Of a stretch of DNA of 64,000 nucleotides, positions 9,643 to 18,863 are shown in pieces. The position numbers and the translations under genes are program-made. The number at the start of each line of letters is the position of its first letter. The stretch's first letter is position 1. Under the pieces are notes generated by a model. That model was not told the DNA's origin. It did not search any database and saw only the letters and a program-made list of their open reading frames with translations. Source of the stretch: Sphingomonadaceae bacterium (GTDB lineage: Bacteria; Pseudomonadota; Alphaproteobacteria; Sphingomonadales; Sphingomonadaceae); contig JBGSSR010000078.1 of assembly GCA_041736905.1 (NCBI GenBank), positions 1,283 to 65,282 on the forward strand, in the 5' to 3' direction.

Positions 9643-10320
9643 ATGCTGAAACGCGCATTCGACATCGGTTTTTCCGCATTCATCTTAGTGGCCACCGCGC
9701 CATTGATGGTGGTTGCGGCATTGGGGATAAAGCTGACCTCGCCCGGGCCGATATTTTACCGCGCCAACCGGATGGGCGTGGGTGAGCGGCCCTTTTCAAT
9801 GTGGAAGTTCCGCACCATGCACGTGCGCGAAACCGCTGGACCGGAAATTAGCGCGGTCAATGACACCCGCATTTTTGGCTTCGGCCATTTCCTTCGCGCC
9901 ACCAAAATCGACGAGTTGCCGCAGTTTTTCAACGTGCTGATCGGCGATATGGCCATCGTCGGCCCGCGACCGGAATCGGTGGCGATTGTGCATTCCAGCT
10001 ATCTGCCGTGGATGATGGAAACGCTCGCCGTGCGTCCCGGTGTCACCAGCCCCGGCGCTTTGTTTGGTTACACCCACGCCAACGCGTTGCTCGACGACAG
10101 CGACCCCGATGGCAGCTATGAGCGGTTCGTGCTTGCGCCAAAGCTCGCGGTGGAACTCGCCTATATCCACCGCGCCACGTTTTTAAGTGACGTTGGCGTG
10201 ATGATCCAAACCGCACTTATCATCGTGCAAATGGTGGCGGGAAAGCATGATTTCCCCCTGCCCCGCGATGCACAGGCGAACCGATGGTTTGACTTTGCTC
10301 GATTGGGACAAGCAGCGTGA
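9643..10320 (+). CDS. Small monotopic phosphoglycosyl transferase (PglC/WbaP C-terminal-domain type; initiating sugar-1-phosphate transferase)
   Basis: MLKRAFDIGFSAFILVATAPLMVVAALGIKLTSPGPIFYR re-entrant helix, MWKFRTM, and DELPQFFNVLIGDMAIVGPRP catalytic block. Confidence 0.88.
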   Translation: MLKRAFDIGFSAFILVATAPLMVVAALGIKLTSPGPIFYRANRMGVGERPFSMWKFRTMHVRETAGPEISAVNDTRIFGFGHFLRATKIDELPQFFNVLIGDMAIVGPRPESVAIVHSSYLPWMMETLAVRPGVTSPGALFGYTHANALLDDSDPDGSYERFVLAPKLAVELAYIHRATFLSDVGVMIQTALIIVQMVAGKHDFPLPRDAQANRWFDFARLGQAA

Positions 10321-11501
10321 AAATCCTGCTGACCCACCGCTATTTTTGGCCAGACACGCCGCCTTACGCCAATATCTTGCGCACGCTAGCGACGCATTTT
10401 GCCGATGAGGGGCATGAAGTGCGTGTGTTCGCGTCCTATCCATCTTATGGTAAAATTGAAAAAGGCGCGGCGCTGTTCTTCGATGACCGTATCACCATCA
10501 ACCGCGTGCGCACATTTCAGGAGACGAAATCGAACATCGCGGTGCGCCTGTTCAACACCATGGTCTATTGCATCGCGCTGTTCTTACACATTATCCGTAT
10601 AAAGCCAGATGTGGTCACCGCCGCCACCTTCCCGCCCGTAATTGCCGGATGGGTGGCGAGTTTGGCGGCCAAAATCATCGGCGCAAAATTCGTTTACCAT
10701 ATGCAGGATATTCATCCGGAGGTCAGCCATTACTCCGGCGGTCTAATGCAAAAACGGCCGTTGCAAGCAGCGTTCCGGTGGTTCGACAATCAGACCTTGC
10801 GGCGGGCGAGCGCGATTATTGTCCTGTCGCAGGATATGAAAAACACGCTGGAACGGCGCAGGTTGGCGGGCACATTGCCCATTTATATCATCAACAACAT
10901 GCTGCTGTCCAAATTTGCAGAGGCCGCCGCTCCGCCGCCGGATTATGCCAAAGCAGCCGACAAAAAGCGCATCATTTTCGCGGGCAATATGGGCCGGTTC
11001 CAAAGGCTCGACGTCATTGTGCCACTCATCGTTGCGGCAATGGAAAGCGACCCGCGCCTCGAACTTATGCTCATGGGTGACGGCGAAATGCGCCCCGCGT
11101 TGGAACGGCAATGGGGCCAGCATGCGCAGGTTCAATTCGCACCATTCCTACCGTTTGAAACCGCGGCAACCGTGATGGCGGACGCCGACATTGGCTTGGT
11201 ATCGTTGGCGAAGGACATTTATGCCGTGTCCTACCCGTCCAAAATCCTAAGCTATCTGGGCCTTGGCCTGCCAGTTTTGACCTTTATCGAACCGCATAGC
11301 GGCATCGCTCAAGAAGTCACGCACAACGGCATTGGCGCCACCCCTGCACACGAAACGGCAGCAAGTGTGGGTGAGGCCATCGCCTCCATCCTCTCCAGCC
11401 CCGACGTTAAACAAGCCGTGGCGCAATATTATCAGGACACCTATCGCCACGACGCGATTTTGGCCGAATGGGATAGGATGCTCCATGCAATCGCGTCCTA
11501 A
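10317..11501 (+). CDS. GT4 glycosyltransferase, WbuB-like (L-FucNAc-type transferase family)
   Basis: MKILLTHRYFWPDTPPYANILRTLATHF is typical of WbuB-type GT4 enzymes that accompany fnlABC. GTG start overlaps the upstream stop by 4 nt. Confidence 0.75.
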   Translation: MKILLTHRYFWPDTPPYANILRTLATHFADEGHEVRVFASYPSYGKIEKGAALFFDDRITINRVRTFQETKSNIAVRLFNTMVYCIALFLHIIRIKPDVVTAATFPPVIAGWVASLAAKIIGAKFVYHMQDIHPEVSHYSGGLMQKRPLQAAFRWFDNQTLRRASAIIVLSQDMKNTLERRRLAGTLPIYIINNMLLSKFAEAAAPPPDYAKAADKKRIIFAGNMGRFQRLDVIVPLIVAAMESDPRLELMLMGDGEMRPALERQWGQHAQVQFAPFLPFETAATVMADADIGLVSLAKDIYAVSYPSKILSYLGLGLPVLTFIEPHSGIAQEVTHNGIGATPAHETAASVGEAIASILSSPDVKQAVAQYYQDTYRHDAILAEWDRMLHAIAS

Positions 11502-12660
11502 AATATTGGTGCTGGGGCAATATTTTTACCCTGCCTATAAGGCGGGCGGCAGCGCGCAATCGCTGACCAATTTTGTCGCGCATTTCAGGCAAGAATACGA
11601 CATCGCCGTTTTCACCCGCGACCGCGATTTGGGAGCGAGCGAGCCGTTTCCCCTGCCCCGATCCCAATGGCATGATGCGGGCGGATACCGCATTTGGTAT
11701 GAACCCTTGGGTAAGTCTACGCCGATGGCCATTTTGCGGGTTCTGCGCGCGGAGGAGTGGGATGTGATTTATGCCAATGGCTACGTCAATCCGGTATTTT
11801 CCTTCACTCCCCGCCTGATTGCGCGAATGGGTTTGGCCAAGGGTCGGCCCACTGTCGTGCTCGCCCCGCGCGGGGAATTTGCAGTTAATGCAATTGGCAA
11901 ATCGCCGAAACGCAAGCAATTCTACAAGCGTGTTTCGGCGCTACTCGGCCTGCATCGCGGCATCGTGTGGCAGGCATCGGCGGAGCATGAGGCGGCGGAT
12001 ATTATCGAACATGTGCCGGAGGCAATGGGAGGTATTCAAATCGCACCAGATCTGACGCCGCTGGATGATGCGGCATTGGCTATAAAGCCCGTCAAAACGG
12101 CAGGCGCAATTTCGCTCGCCATGGTGGCGCGCATTCATCCGATTAAGAACGTATTATTCGCAATTGAAACGCTCGCCACTTGCGCCCAACCCGTCACCTT
12201 CAACCTCTATGGGCCAAAGGAGGATGCCGCCTATTGGACCGAGTGCGAGGCGGCAATTGCGCGTTTGCCTGCGCATATCAATGTCGTGTGGCATGGGCCT
12301 ATTTCACGGCCAGATGTCGCGGAGGCCCTGCGCCAAGCCGATGCGTTTTATATGCCCACCCATGGCGAAAACTTTGGCCATTCTATTTTTGAGGCTTTGC
12401 AAGCCGGTTGCCCCGTGCTGATCAGTGACCAAACGCTTTGGCGCAATCTGGCGGCGGGGAAGGCGGGGCATGACTTGCCGCTCAACGACCGCAAAGGATT
12501 TTCCGATGCCATCGACGCGTGGGCGGCGATGGGTGATAATGAATTCGCGGCATGGCAGATGGGGGCCCGTCAAAAGGCGGCGGACTGGTTAGAGAACACC
12601 GACGGCGTTGCCAGTAATCGGGCGTTGATGGAAACGGCGTTGGAGGCTCGGGCAAAATGA
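11485..12660 (+). CDS. GT4 glycosyltransferase
   Basis: MQSRPKILVLGQYFYPAYKAGGSAQS N-terminus and EX7E-type block PTHGENFGHSIFEALQAGCPVLISD. The ORF opens at 11332, but that extension overlaps the upstream GT. ATG 11485 chosen. Confidence 0.78.
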   Translation: MQSRPKILVLGQYFYPAYKAGGSAQSLTNFVAHFRQEYDIAVFTRDRDLGASEPFPLPRSQWHDAGGYRIWYEPLGKSTPMAILRVLRAEEWDVIYANGYVNPVFSFTPRLIARMGLAKGRPTVVLAPRGEFAVNAIGKSPKRKQFYKRVSALLGLHRGIVWQASAEHEAADIIEHVPEAMGGIQIAPDLTPLDDAALAIKPVKTAGAISLAMVARIHPIKNVLFAIETLATCAQPVTFNLYGPKEDAAYWTECEAAIARLPAHINVVWHGPISRPDVAEALRQADAFYMPTHGENFGHSIFEALQAGCPVLISDQTLWRNLAAGKAGHDLPLNDRKGFSDAIDAWAAMGDNEFAAWQMGARQKAADWLENTDGVASNRALMETALEARAK

Positions 12661-13964
12661 GCGCCGCCAAACCATCCGCGCGCAAAAGCCTTTTCGAATA
12701 CGCCACGCTGGTCGTATTGCGGGGCGGCATAAGCCTCTCGCAATTCATCATCGTGGTTATTGCGGGCACCATCCTCGACAAAACCGATTTCGGCCGGTTT
12801 GCCATTGTCTATGCTGGGGCCAGATTACTGGCCAGTTTCGCCGGATTCGGCGCACCGTCGTTCTTGCTAAAGGACGTGCCGTTTCGCCAAGCCAAGGGAA
12901 TGCCGTGGCATAGCGTTCCGACCGCACTCAAATGGTTCGTCGCTTTACCATTACTCATTTGCGCAATTTTTGGCGCATCCTTGGAGCTCATCGCAGCGCA
13001 GAATTTCACCCTGTACCCGCTGCGCTCAGGGGAAGGCGGAATGCTCGCCGCGACAGGATTTTTCTGGTCATTGGCATCCCTGCTCGGCGCGTGGGTGCGT
13101 GCCACGCGCAGCAGCATGGAGGCTATGTTTGTCGCAGAATTCGCGCCGCCCTTGGCCCTGGTTGCGGGGATTGTCGCCATGTGGTGGCTTGGCAATACCC
13201 GCGTGGCGGCGATATTCTTGGTCTGTTGCGGGCTATTGTTAGTGGGGCAAATCGTCCTCCTCCTACTCCATGCCGCGACGAAATGGATACCGGTCGGCGG
13301 GGACGGCGCGCAGCCTATCGCGTTCAAGGACTTGACCGCTTATTGGTGGACCGTGTTGCTAAACACCGCCTCAACGCAGCTTGATATTTTGATTGCGGGC
13401 GTTGTTGCCGGCCCATTGGCGACTGGCATTTATGCGCTCATCAAACGTATCACTAACATTATCGCCATCCCGCAAAGTATCGTCGTTTGGATACTCGCCC
13501 CTCGCATCAGTAGGGCCTCGGCATTGGATGATACCAATGGTTTGCAGGCGCATGCACGCTACGCCACAAAGATGGCATTCCTGCCCGCCATTGCCATTGC
13601 CGCCCTGATCGGCCTGACTGCGCCCTGGTGGTTCGCGCATTTTGAGATTGCCTGGTTGCCGACTAACATCGCCATGCTTGGCCTATTGCTCTTTGCCAAT
13701 TTGTTCAGTGTGTCGTGCGGGCAACCGTTCCTGTTCGCGACGCAAACGGGAAATCCACAAATCGCCGTTCGGGCGCTGATTTGGGCAAATATGTTCAGTG
13801 TAATATGGCTGTTTGCCGCCGGGGCGAGCATGGGCATTGTCGCTATAGCCGTCGGCCCGACTCTTATGTATGCAATAATAAACGTCTATTCTCGGCAGAA
13901 ATTGAAGGCTCTTTACGGCATCGAAATTTCTGCACTTAACCTATTGAAAAAGAGGTCCTTATGA
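12657..13964 (+). CDS. wzx: Oligosaccharide flippase (Wzx / polysaccharide biosynthesis protein family)
   Basis: 435-aa polytopic membrane protein with about 12 hydrophobic segments. ATGA overlap with the upstream GT. Position within a repeat-unit locus. Confidence 0.7.
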   Translation: MSAAKPSARKSLFEYATLVVLRGGISLSQFIIVVIAGTILDKTDFGRFAIVYAGARLLASFAGFGAPSFLLKDVPFRQAKGMPWHSVPTALKWFVALPLLICAIFGASLELIAAQNFTLYPLRSGEGGMLAATGFFWSLASLLGAWVRATRSSMEAMFVAEFAPPLALVAGIVAMWWLGNTRVAAIFLVCCGLLLVGQIVLLLLHAATKWIPVGGDGAQPIAFKDLTAYWWTVLLNTASTQLDILIAGVVAGPLATGIYALIKRITNIIAIPQSIVVWILAPRISRASALDDTNGLQAHARYATKMAFLPAIAIAALIGLTAPWWFAHFEIAWLPTNIAMLGLLLFANLFSVSCGQPFLFATQTGNPQIAVRALIWANMFSVIWLFAAGASMGIVAIAVGPTLMYAIINVYSRQKLKALYGIEISALNLLKKRSL

Positions 13965-14644
13965 AAAAGCAACTGAAGCAACTTCTGCGCCCCCTTATCC
14001 CGCAATCCATTTTGCAAAAGCGTTTGGATGCGCGGCATAAGCGCTTGTTTGGCGATGCCGACTATAAAACCGCTTTCAAAATCGTGCATGATCAAAACCT
14101 ATGGTTAAACCCCGAAAGCAAAAGCGGTGGTGGATCGACCGTGGAATTTACCCAGCATATCCGCAAGAACTTAGCCGAATGGCTGCACGCCCATGAGGTG
14201 AAATCGATGGTCGATTTGCCATGTGGTGACTTCAACTGGATGCGACTGGTCGATTTTCCTGCAGGTATGAGCTATCACGGAATCGACATCGTTCCCGATT
14301 TGATTGCGGAAAACACGCGCAAATATCTGAGCGATACGGTCCAATTCTCGGTTGGCGACATCATTGAGGGGCCGATTCCTGCCGCAGAGGTCTATTTCTG
14401 CCGCGATGTGTTCATTCATTTTCCCAATGATGCCGTTGAGAAATCTATTGCCAATGTGCGGGCGACCGGGGCGAAGTGGCTGATTGCAACCACTTGCCCC
14501 ACCGTGAAAGAAAAAATCGATACGGTTTTCCCGAACAGCCGTAAACAAAATATGGCACTGTTCCTGGGCGAACCAGACGTGATGCTTGAAGATTTCGGCG
14601 ACGGAAAAACAGACAAATATATGGGCGTTTGGCGGATGAACTAA
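13961..14644 (+). CDS. Class I SAM-dependent methyltransferase
   Basis: Motif-I-like VDLPCGDFNWM, later HGIDIV and VYFCRDVFIHF blocks. ATGA overlap with wzx. Confidence 0.6.
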   Translation: MKKQLKQLLRPLIPQSILQKRLDARHKRLFGDADYKTAFKIVHDQNLWLNPESKSGGGSTVEFTQHIRKNLAEWLHAHEVKSMVDLPCGDFNWMRLVDFPAGMSYHGIDIVPDLIAENTRKYLSDTVQFSVGDIIEGPIPAAEVYFCRDVFIHFPNDAVEKSIANVRATGAKWLIATTCPTVKEKIDTVFPNSRKQNMALFLGEPDVMLEDFGDGKTDKYMGVWRMN

Positions 14645-14690
14645 TCGCGTTGGCATGGGGCCGCTCTATTCGGGCAGCCCCAGCAAGCCG

Positions 14691-15635
14691 TTATAGCCTT
14701 CCGAATTGCAACTGCCCCTTTTCCGCCAAATTGTGCGCGTGCGTGCAAATATCCTCAATAGCTTCTGCCATCCCAACACTGTGCGTCAGGTTGAACGGGT
14801 GCAGCCACAAATGAACTTTTTCGCCTGTCTTGGCGGCATGGTCGATGGCCTTCTTTGCCTGATACATGACCGTATGGCGGCGCAGGGAAGCACCCCTGCC
14901 GAACCAATTGAAGAACAGCGAACCGCTGTGTTCCAATACCCCGTCGGGACGCATGTCTTCGCGCACCATTGGCGGCGTTGCCATGGTTCGGGCCAGAAAA
15001 TGATCCAGAGGCGCTATGCCGCTGGGCCGAACGGCGGGCGCGGGCGTGCGGCCGACGCGGAAGCCAGACTCGGCGAGTGCCGGCCAATCGACGATGATGT
15101 TTTCGGGAAAAACCAAGGCATCAACTGGGCGGTTCAAATCTACCATTGCTCTTCGGCTTTTCACAAGATCCGCCAAAATCGCCTCATGCGTCATGCCCGC
15201 ATAATCGAAACGCGTGTGCGAGTAGCTATGGCTTGCAATTTGTTGCGTCGTGCGGGTGCCAGCAACAATGTCAAACAAATCGCGTCCATCGACCGTCTTG
15301 GCATCCGCCGTCGCCAAAAAACGGGCAATATGCGCCTGCGCGGCGGGAGGCAAATGGTCAAACTCGCCACTATGGCGCGCCGTGACCATGGCACCAACTG
15401 TTGCCCAGGTTAGCGCAATTTCGCGATCATCCAAAAACGCCAAGAACCGACGCATCGCAGGCCGTAAATCGCGGTAGATTCCCCGCGCCTGCCGTGCTGG
15501 CCAAAGCTCACTTTCCCATACCCCCCATCCGATTTCAAAATCAAAGGAGATGATAAGCTGCCCAATTTTCGGAGGAGTTTCCATGGCAAATCCCATACTC
15601 ATCGGGCCGCGAAATTGCCAGCGATAATGGCACAC
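14691..15635 (-). CDS. Polysaccharide deacetylase (CE4/NodB-like) family protein
   Basis: ISFDFEIGWG (motif-1 position), SHSYSHTRF (HxxxH metal motif) and VHLWLHPFNL blocks. No signal peptide. Start uncertain (ATG at 15635, 15602 or 15584). Confidence 0.7.
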   Translation of the reverse strand: MCHYRWQFRGPMSMGFAMETPPKIGQLIISFDFEIGWGVWESELWPARQARGIYRDLRPAMRRFLAFLDDREIALTWATVGAMVTARHSGEFDHLPPAAQAHIARFLATADAKTVDGRDLFDIVAGTRTTQQIASHSYSHTRFDYAGMTHEAILADLVKSRRAMVDLNRPVDALVFPENIIVDWPALAESGFRVGRTPAPAVRPSGIAPLDHFLARTMATPPMVREDMRPDGVLEHSGSLFFNWFGRGASLRRHTVMYQAKKAIDHAAKTGEKVHLWLHPFNLTHSVGMAEAIEDICTHAHNLAEKGQLQFGRL

Positions 15636-15719
15636 GCCGCCTCACTCCAATTGTCAAACAGGGACAAAGCGCGCGCCATTTTGCTTTGTCTTTGCCGCGT
15701 TTGGCGGTAAAGCATTCGG

Positions 15720-17129
15720 ATGCTTTACGTCATGACAATTTTGGTGCTTGGCATTGCCCCGACCGCGCTGCTGTTTTTTGTGGTGGCGATGCTTGGACGC
15801 AACAATGGCTTGAGCCCGCTGAATATTTTGGCGTGGACGATGTTGCTCGGTTACACGTTGAAGAGCCTGTATCTGGCCTATGCTGTCATGGCCGAAGCCT
15901 CCTTCGTGACCGAATATTGGTCACGCGACATTATTCATATTGGGCAGTTGGCGGTGAACGTGGGTGTGATCGCCTTTATCGCGGGCGTTTTAATGTTTCG
16001 GCGAAAGAACGTTCGAACGGATGGAACTCTTATCAACCCTATAACAATGGGCCAACCGGCGCGGTTTCCTGAACTCTATTATTACCCCGTATTCTTCGTG
16101 TCATTGGGCCTGATGGTGGTTTATTTCTTCACCATGGGTTTCCATGAGCAACTGCTACGCGGGCAATTCACGGCGTCAAAATTCTACGTCGATGAGGAAG
16201 GTGGGAAAAGCTCGCTCGCATTCCTGACCTTCGGCGGCGATATGGTTGTTGCCTTTTTCATCTATTGGCTGGCGTTTACAAAGAGGATTACCATCGCCAA
16301 CATCTACGTCCCGGCCATTGCCTTTGTGTCGCTATGCTACATGCTCGCTAGCCGGCGCAATGGCGTGCTCATCATCATCATCGCCACCGTCATGGTGATG
16401 AGCCTTCGCACCATAAATGAAAACGTGTCGTCCAAGTTCAAACGCTGGGCATTGATTGGCGTAGCGTTCCTATTCCTTTCATTCGTTAGCGCTATCCGCA
16501 TGGGTGGTGGCGAAAAGGAAATTCAGGATTTGAGTATTGGTGCATCCATTGGTGTCGCCATGGAACAAACTTTTGAAGGTGCCTATTTCCTCGACCCCGC
16601 CAAAACCGCCGTGATCGTGGACCAGACGGAGAAGAAAAACCTGTATATGTACGGGGAAAGCTTCGTTGGCGCTTTCTTCGCGCCAATTCCCCGCGTGTTG
16701 TGGCCCGAAAAGCCCTTGGTCCGTATTGGGCCATTGGTGGCGCAAACCATCTTGCAGAATAACAACAATAGTGGTGTTCCGCCGGGCGCGGTGGGCGAGT
16801 TTTATATGAACTTTGGCTGGGGCGGCATTTTTGTCGGCATGTTCCTATTGGGAGCGATCTCTGCTCAGCTTTACAACCGCTACGAACGGCACGTCGATAA
16901 GCGGTTCAGTACCCCGGCCTATGCCCTTTTTATGTTGTGCATCATTTTCTTCTTGGTCGCCGACTTCTCGCTCTCGTTCCTGTACGTCATTCGATACGGG
17001 GTCGCGATTTGGATTTGTAGCCAATTCTGGTCAAAAATGGTGGCGAAAAATGAAAGCCCGCGTCGACGGAAATCGTCGCGCGGGCCGGCCAATCCAAATT
17101 TCAATGCAGCGCCAAGCCCGGCGGAGTAG
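15720..17129 (+). CDS. wzy: Oligosaccharide repeat-unit polymerase (Wzy-like)
   Basis: 469-aa polytopic membrane protein with a large loop ...FFAPIPRVLWPEKPLVRIGPLV... typical of repeat-unit polymerases. Visibly lower GC than its neighbours. Confidence 0.65.
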   Translation: MLYVMTILVLGIAPTALLFFVVAMLGRNNGLSPLNILAWTMLLGYTLKSLYLAYAVMAEASFVTEYWSRDIIHIGQLAVNVGVIAFIAGVLMFRRKNVRTDGTLINPITMGQPARFPELYYYPVFFVSLGLMVVYFFTMGFHEQLLRGQFTASKFYVDEEGGKSSLAFLTFGGDMVVAFFIYWLAFTKRITIANIYVPAIAFVSLCYMLASRRNGVLIIIIATVMVMSLRTINENVSSKFKRWALIGVAFLFLSFVSAIRMGGGEKEIQDLSIGASIGVAMEQTFEGAYFLDPAKTAVIVDQTEKKNLYMYGESFVGAFFAPIPRVLWPEKPLVRIGPLVAQTILQNNNNSGVPPGAVGEFYMNFGWGGIFVGMFLLGAISAQLYNRYERHVDKRFSTPAYALFMLCIIFFLVADFSLSFLYVIRYGVAIWICSQFWSKMVAKNESPRRRKSSRGPANPNFNAAPSPAE

Positions 17130-17921
17130 TTACTCTTTCCAGGCGAACAAATCCCCTGCCCGCCAGCGCCAATCTTTTTCCGAAGATGACGATGGCTCGC
17201 CCTTGGTAATTTTTGTCTGATAGCCAAGGCTTTGCATAATGGCCTGTGTTTCAAGGTGCAGCGGTTGGCCCTTAGTATCACGCGCATGACCTTTGGCGTA
17301 AACGCGGGTGCCCTTGGCACTGGCCCGTAAAATATTCGTGGCCCCTTTTAAGACCTCGCCCTCTGCACCATTCACGGTGATGGAAATATAGTCGATGGTG
17401 GTCACGCTATGTTTCGGCAATTCGTCGTCCAACCTAATGAACTGCACCGCAATTGTGTCCATGGCGGCATTGCCGGGTCGGTCGTCATTATCCATCCGAA
17501 TATGGTCGAGGTCGATTTTATGGTCGCCGATGTAAGGCGAGATCGAGAGTTCGCCCAAGCGGTTTTCATTACACGCCGCCGCGCGGATGAGCGTCACGTT
17601 GGTGAACCCGTCCTCGGCAATCGCCTTGGCCAATCGGTCTTGATTCTCCGGCATCGCCTCCACAATGATAAGCCGTCCGGTATCGCCAACCGCGCGGCGG
17701 AAACGACGCATTGTTTTAGGGCGAGGCGTGCCGATTTGGACAACGGTATCGCCGGCATTCACGGCAAATTCGGTGGGCAGGCTGTGTTGCAGCGACAGAA
17801 TGGCTTGCCGCACGCGGTTCTTTCCCGCGCCTTCTTTCATACCGCGAAACGGGATGGTGCCGACACGCACGATGCCGCGCATGCCCCAGTAAATATAGCG
17901 TTCCAGTTTGAATTCACTCAT
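17130..17921 (-). CDS. FkbM-family methyltransferase
   Basis: VVQIGT..., IVEAMPENQDRLAKAI and IDYISITVNGAEGEVLKGA blocks resemble the FkbM methyltransferase domain. Its stop abuts the wzy stop with a 0-nt gap. Confidence 0.7.
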   Translation of the reverse strand: MSEFKLERYIYWGMRGIVRVGTIPFRGMKEGAGKNRVRQAILSLQHSLPTEFAVNAGDTVVQIGTPRPKTMRRFRRAVGDTGRLIIVEAMPENQDRLAKAIAEDGFTNVTLIRAAACNENRLGELSISPYIGDHKIDLDHIRMDNDDRPGNAAMDTIAVQFIRLDDELPKHSVTTIDYISITVNGAEGEVLKGATNILRASAKGTRVYAKGHARDTKGQPLHLETQAIMQSLGYQTKITKGEPSSSSEKDWRWRAGDLFAWKE

Positions 17922-17948
17922 CGGATCTCATCCTTAATTCGGCATAAT

Positions 17949-18863
17949 TTAGTCGATGGCATAGCCATGGCGCTGCATAGCTTTGGCCATAATGGGACGC
18001 ATCGCGTCTCTTTCGGCGGCGGTCAGGCGGGCCAAAGACGCCGCATTTTGGTTCGCGAGTTCGTGATGGTGCCCGTCAATGGAAATGCCATCGGCGACAG
18101 TGTGCATTTCCGGCGCGGGCAGGCCAAGAAAGTCGAATATGCCAGACAGAGTTTCAGAAGGCTGCGCCATCAACTGCTCATAAGTGATCGCATGGCTACG
18201 CGGCACTTCGGCAATTTCGGTGCGGATGTGCTCATCAAAAGCGACCCATTGCCGCGCGGCTAATTCCGCCGGATAGCGTTCCCCGATTTCTGCCTTCGCT
18301 TCACCAAAGGGCTTCGCACGGCGCATGATGCCCTCATTCACGCAATAGCCATTGCGGGTAATCCAAACAAAATGCGCGTTGGGAAAGTGGCGGTTTATCC
18401 ATGCAATGCGGGTGGAGTGGTCGATGGATTTTTCGAAGAAAACGCTGGAGTCCTTATCGAACCAGATTGACCAATCCTGCCGCGCCATTTTCGCCCGCTC
18501 CGCCGCTCCATCCTCGCCCAAGTCCCACAAATGCTGGTTTTTGAACATCATGCGCGGCCACCCGCCGACCTCCAAATTGGGGAAGGCATCGGTCAGCTTA
18601 GCCCCTTCACGCACTGTGGCGGCAATATCGGGATGCGATTCAAGGAGGCGGCGCAATATGGTGGTGCCGCTGTTGTAGCAGCCCACGACGAATAGCCATT
18701 TGTCTGGCTTGGCCTCGCTTAAAAATGGCCGCGCCATGCGCCGAAAGGCGGGCTTAAGCATCAATTTGCCCAACCCCTCGCGCGCCACGCCGCCAATGAC
18801 GTTGCCCTCATTGCGCGCCAAAATCCGCGCCAGACGGTTGTCGGAGTCGTTAAAGCGGCTCAT
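17949..18863 (-). CDS. Sulfotransferase family protein (PAPS-dependent), ST2
   Basis: WLFVVGCYNSGTTILRRLLESHPD (5'-PSB loop) and AHFVWITRNGYCVNEGIMRR (3'-PB segment). The start overlaps the acetyltransferase stop (ATGA). Confidence 0.78.
   Translation of the reverse strand: MSRFNDSDNRLARILARNEGNVIGGVAREGLGKLMLKPAFRRMARPFLSEAKPDKWLFVVGCYNSGTTILRRLLESHPDIAATVREGAKLTDAFPNLEVGGWPRMMFKNQHLWDLGEDGAAERAKMARQDWSIWFDKDSSVFFEKSIDHSTRIAWINRHFPNAHFVWITRNGYCVNEGIMRRAKPFGEAKAEIGERYPAELAARQWVAFDEHIRTEIAEVPRSHAITYEQLMAQPSETLSGIFDFLGLPAPEMHTVADGISIDGHHHELANQNAASLARLTAAERDAMRPIMAKAMQRHGYAID

Noticed and set aside
11332-11484. N-terminal extension of the second GT4 ORF. Similar extensions occur at 1584-1658, 4208-4285, 25312-25446, 31188-31247, 38073-38111 and 60392-60490.
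   Set aside because: The extensions overlap the preceding gene or lack an RBS. Internal starts give canonical family N-termini, often with a Shine-Dalgarno sequence.
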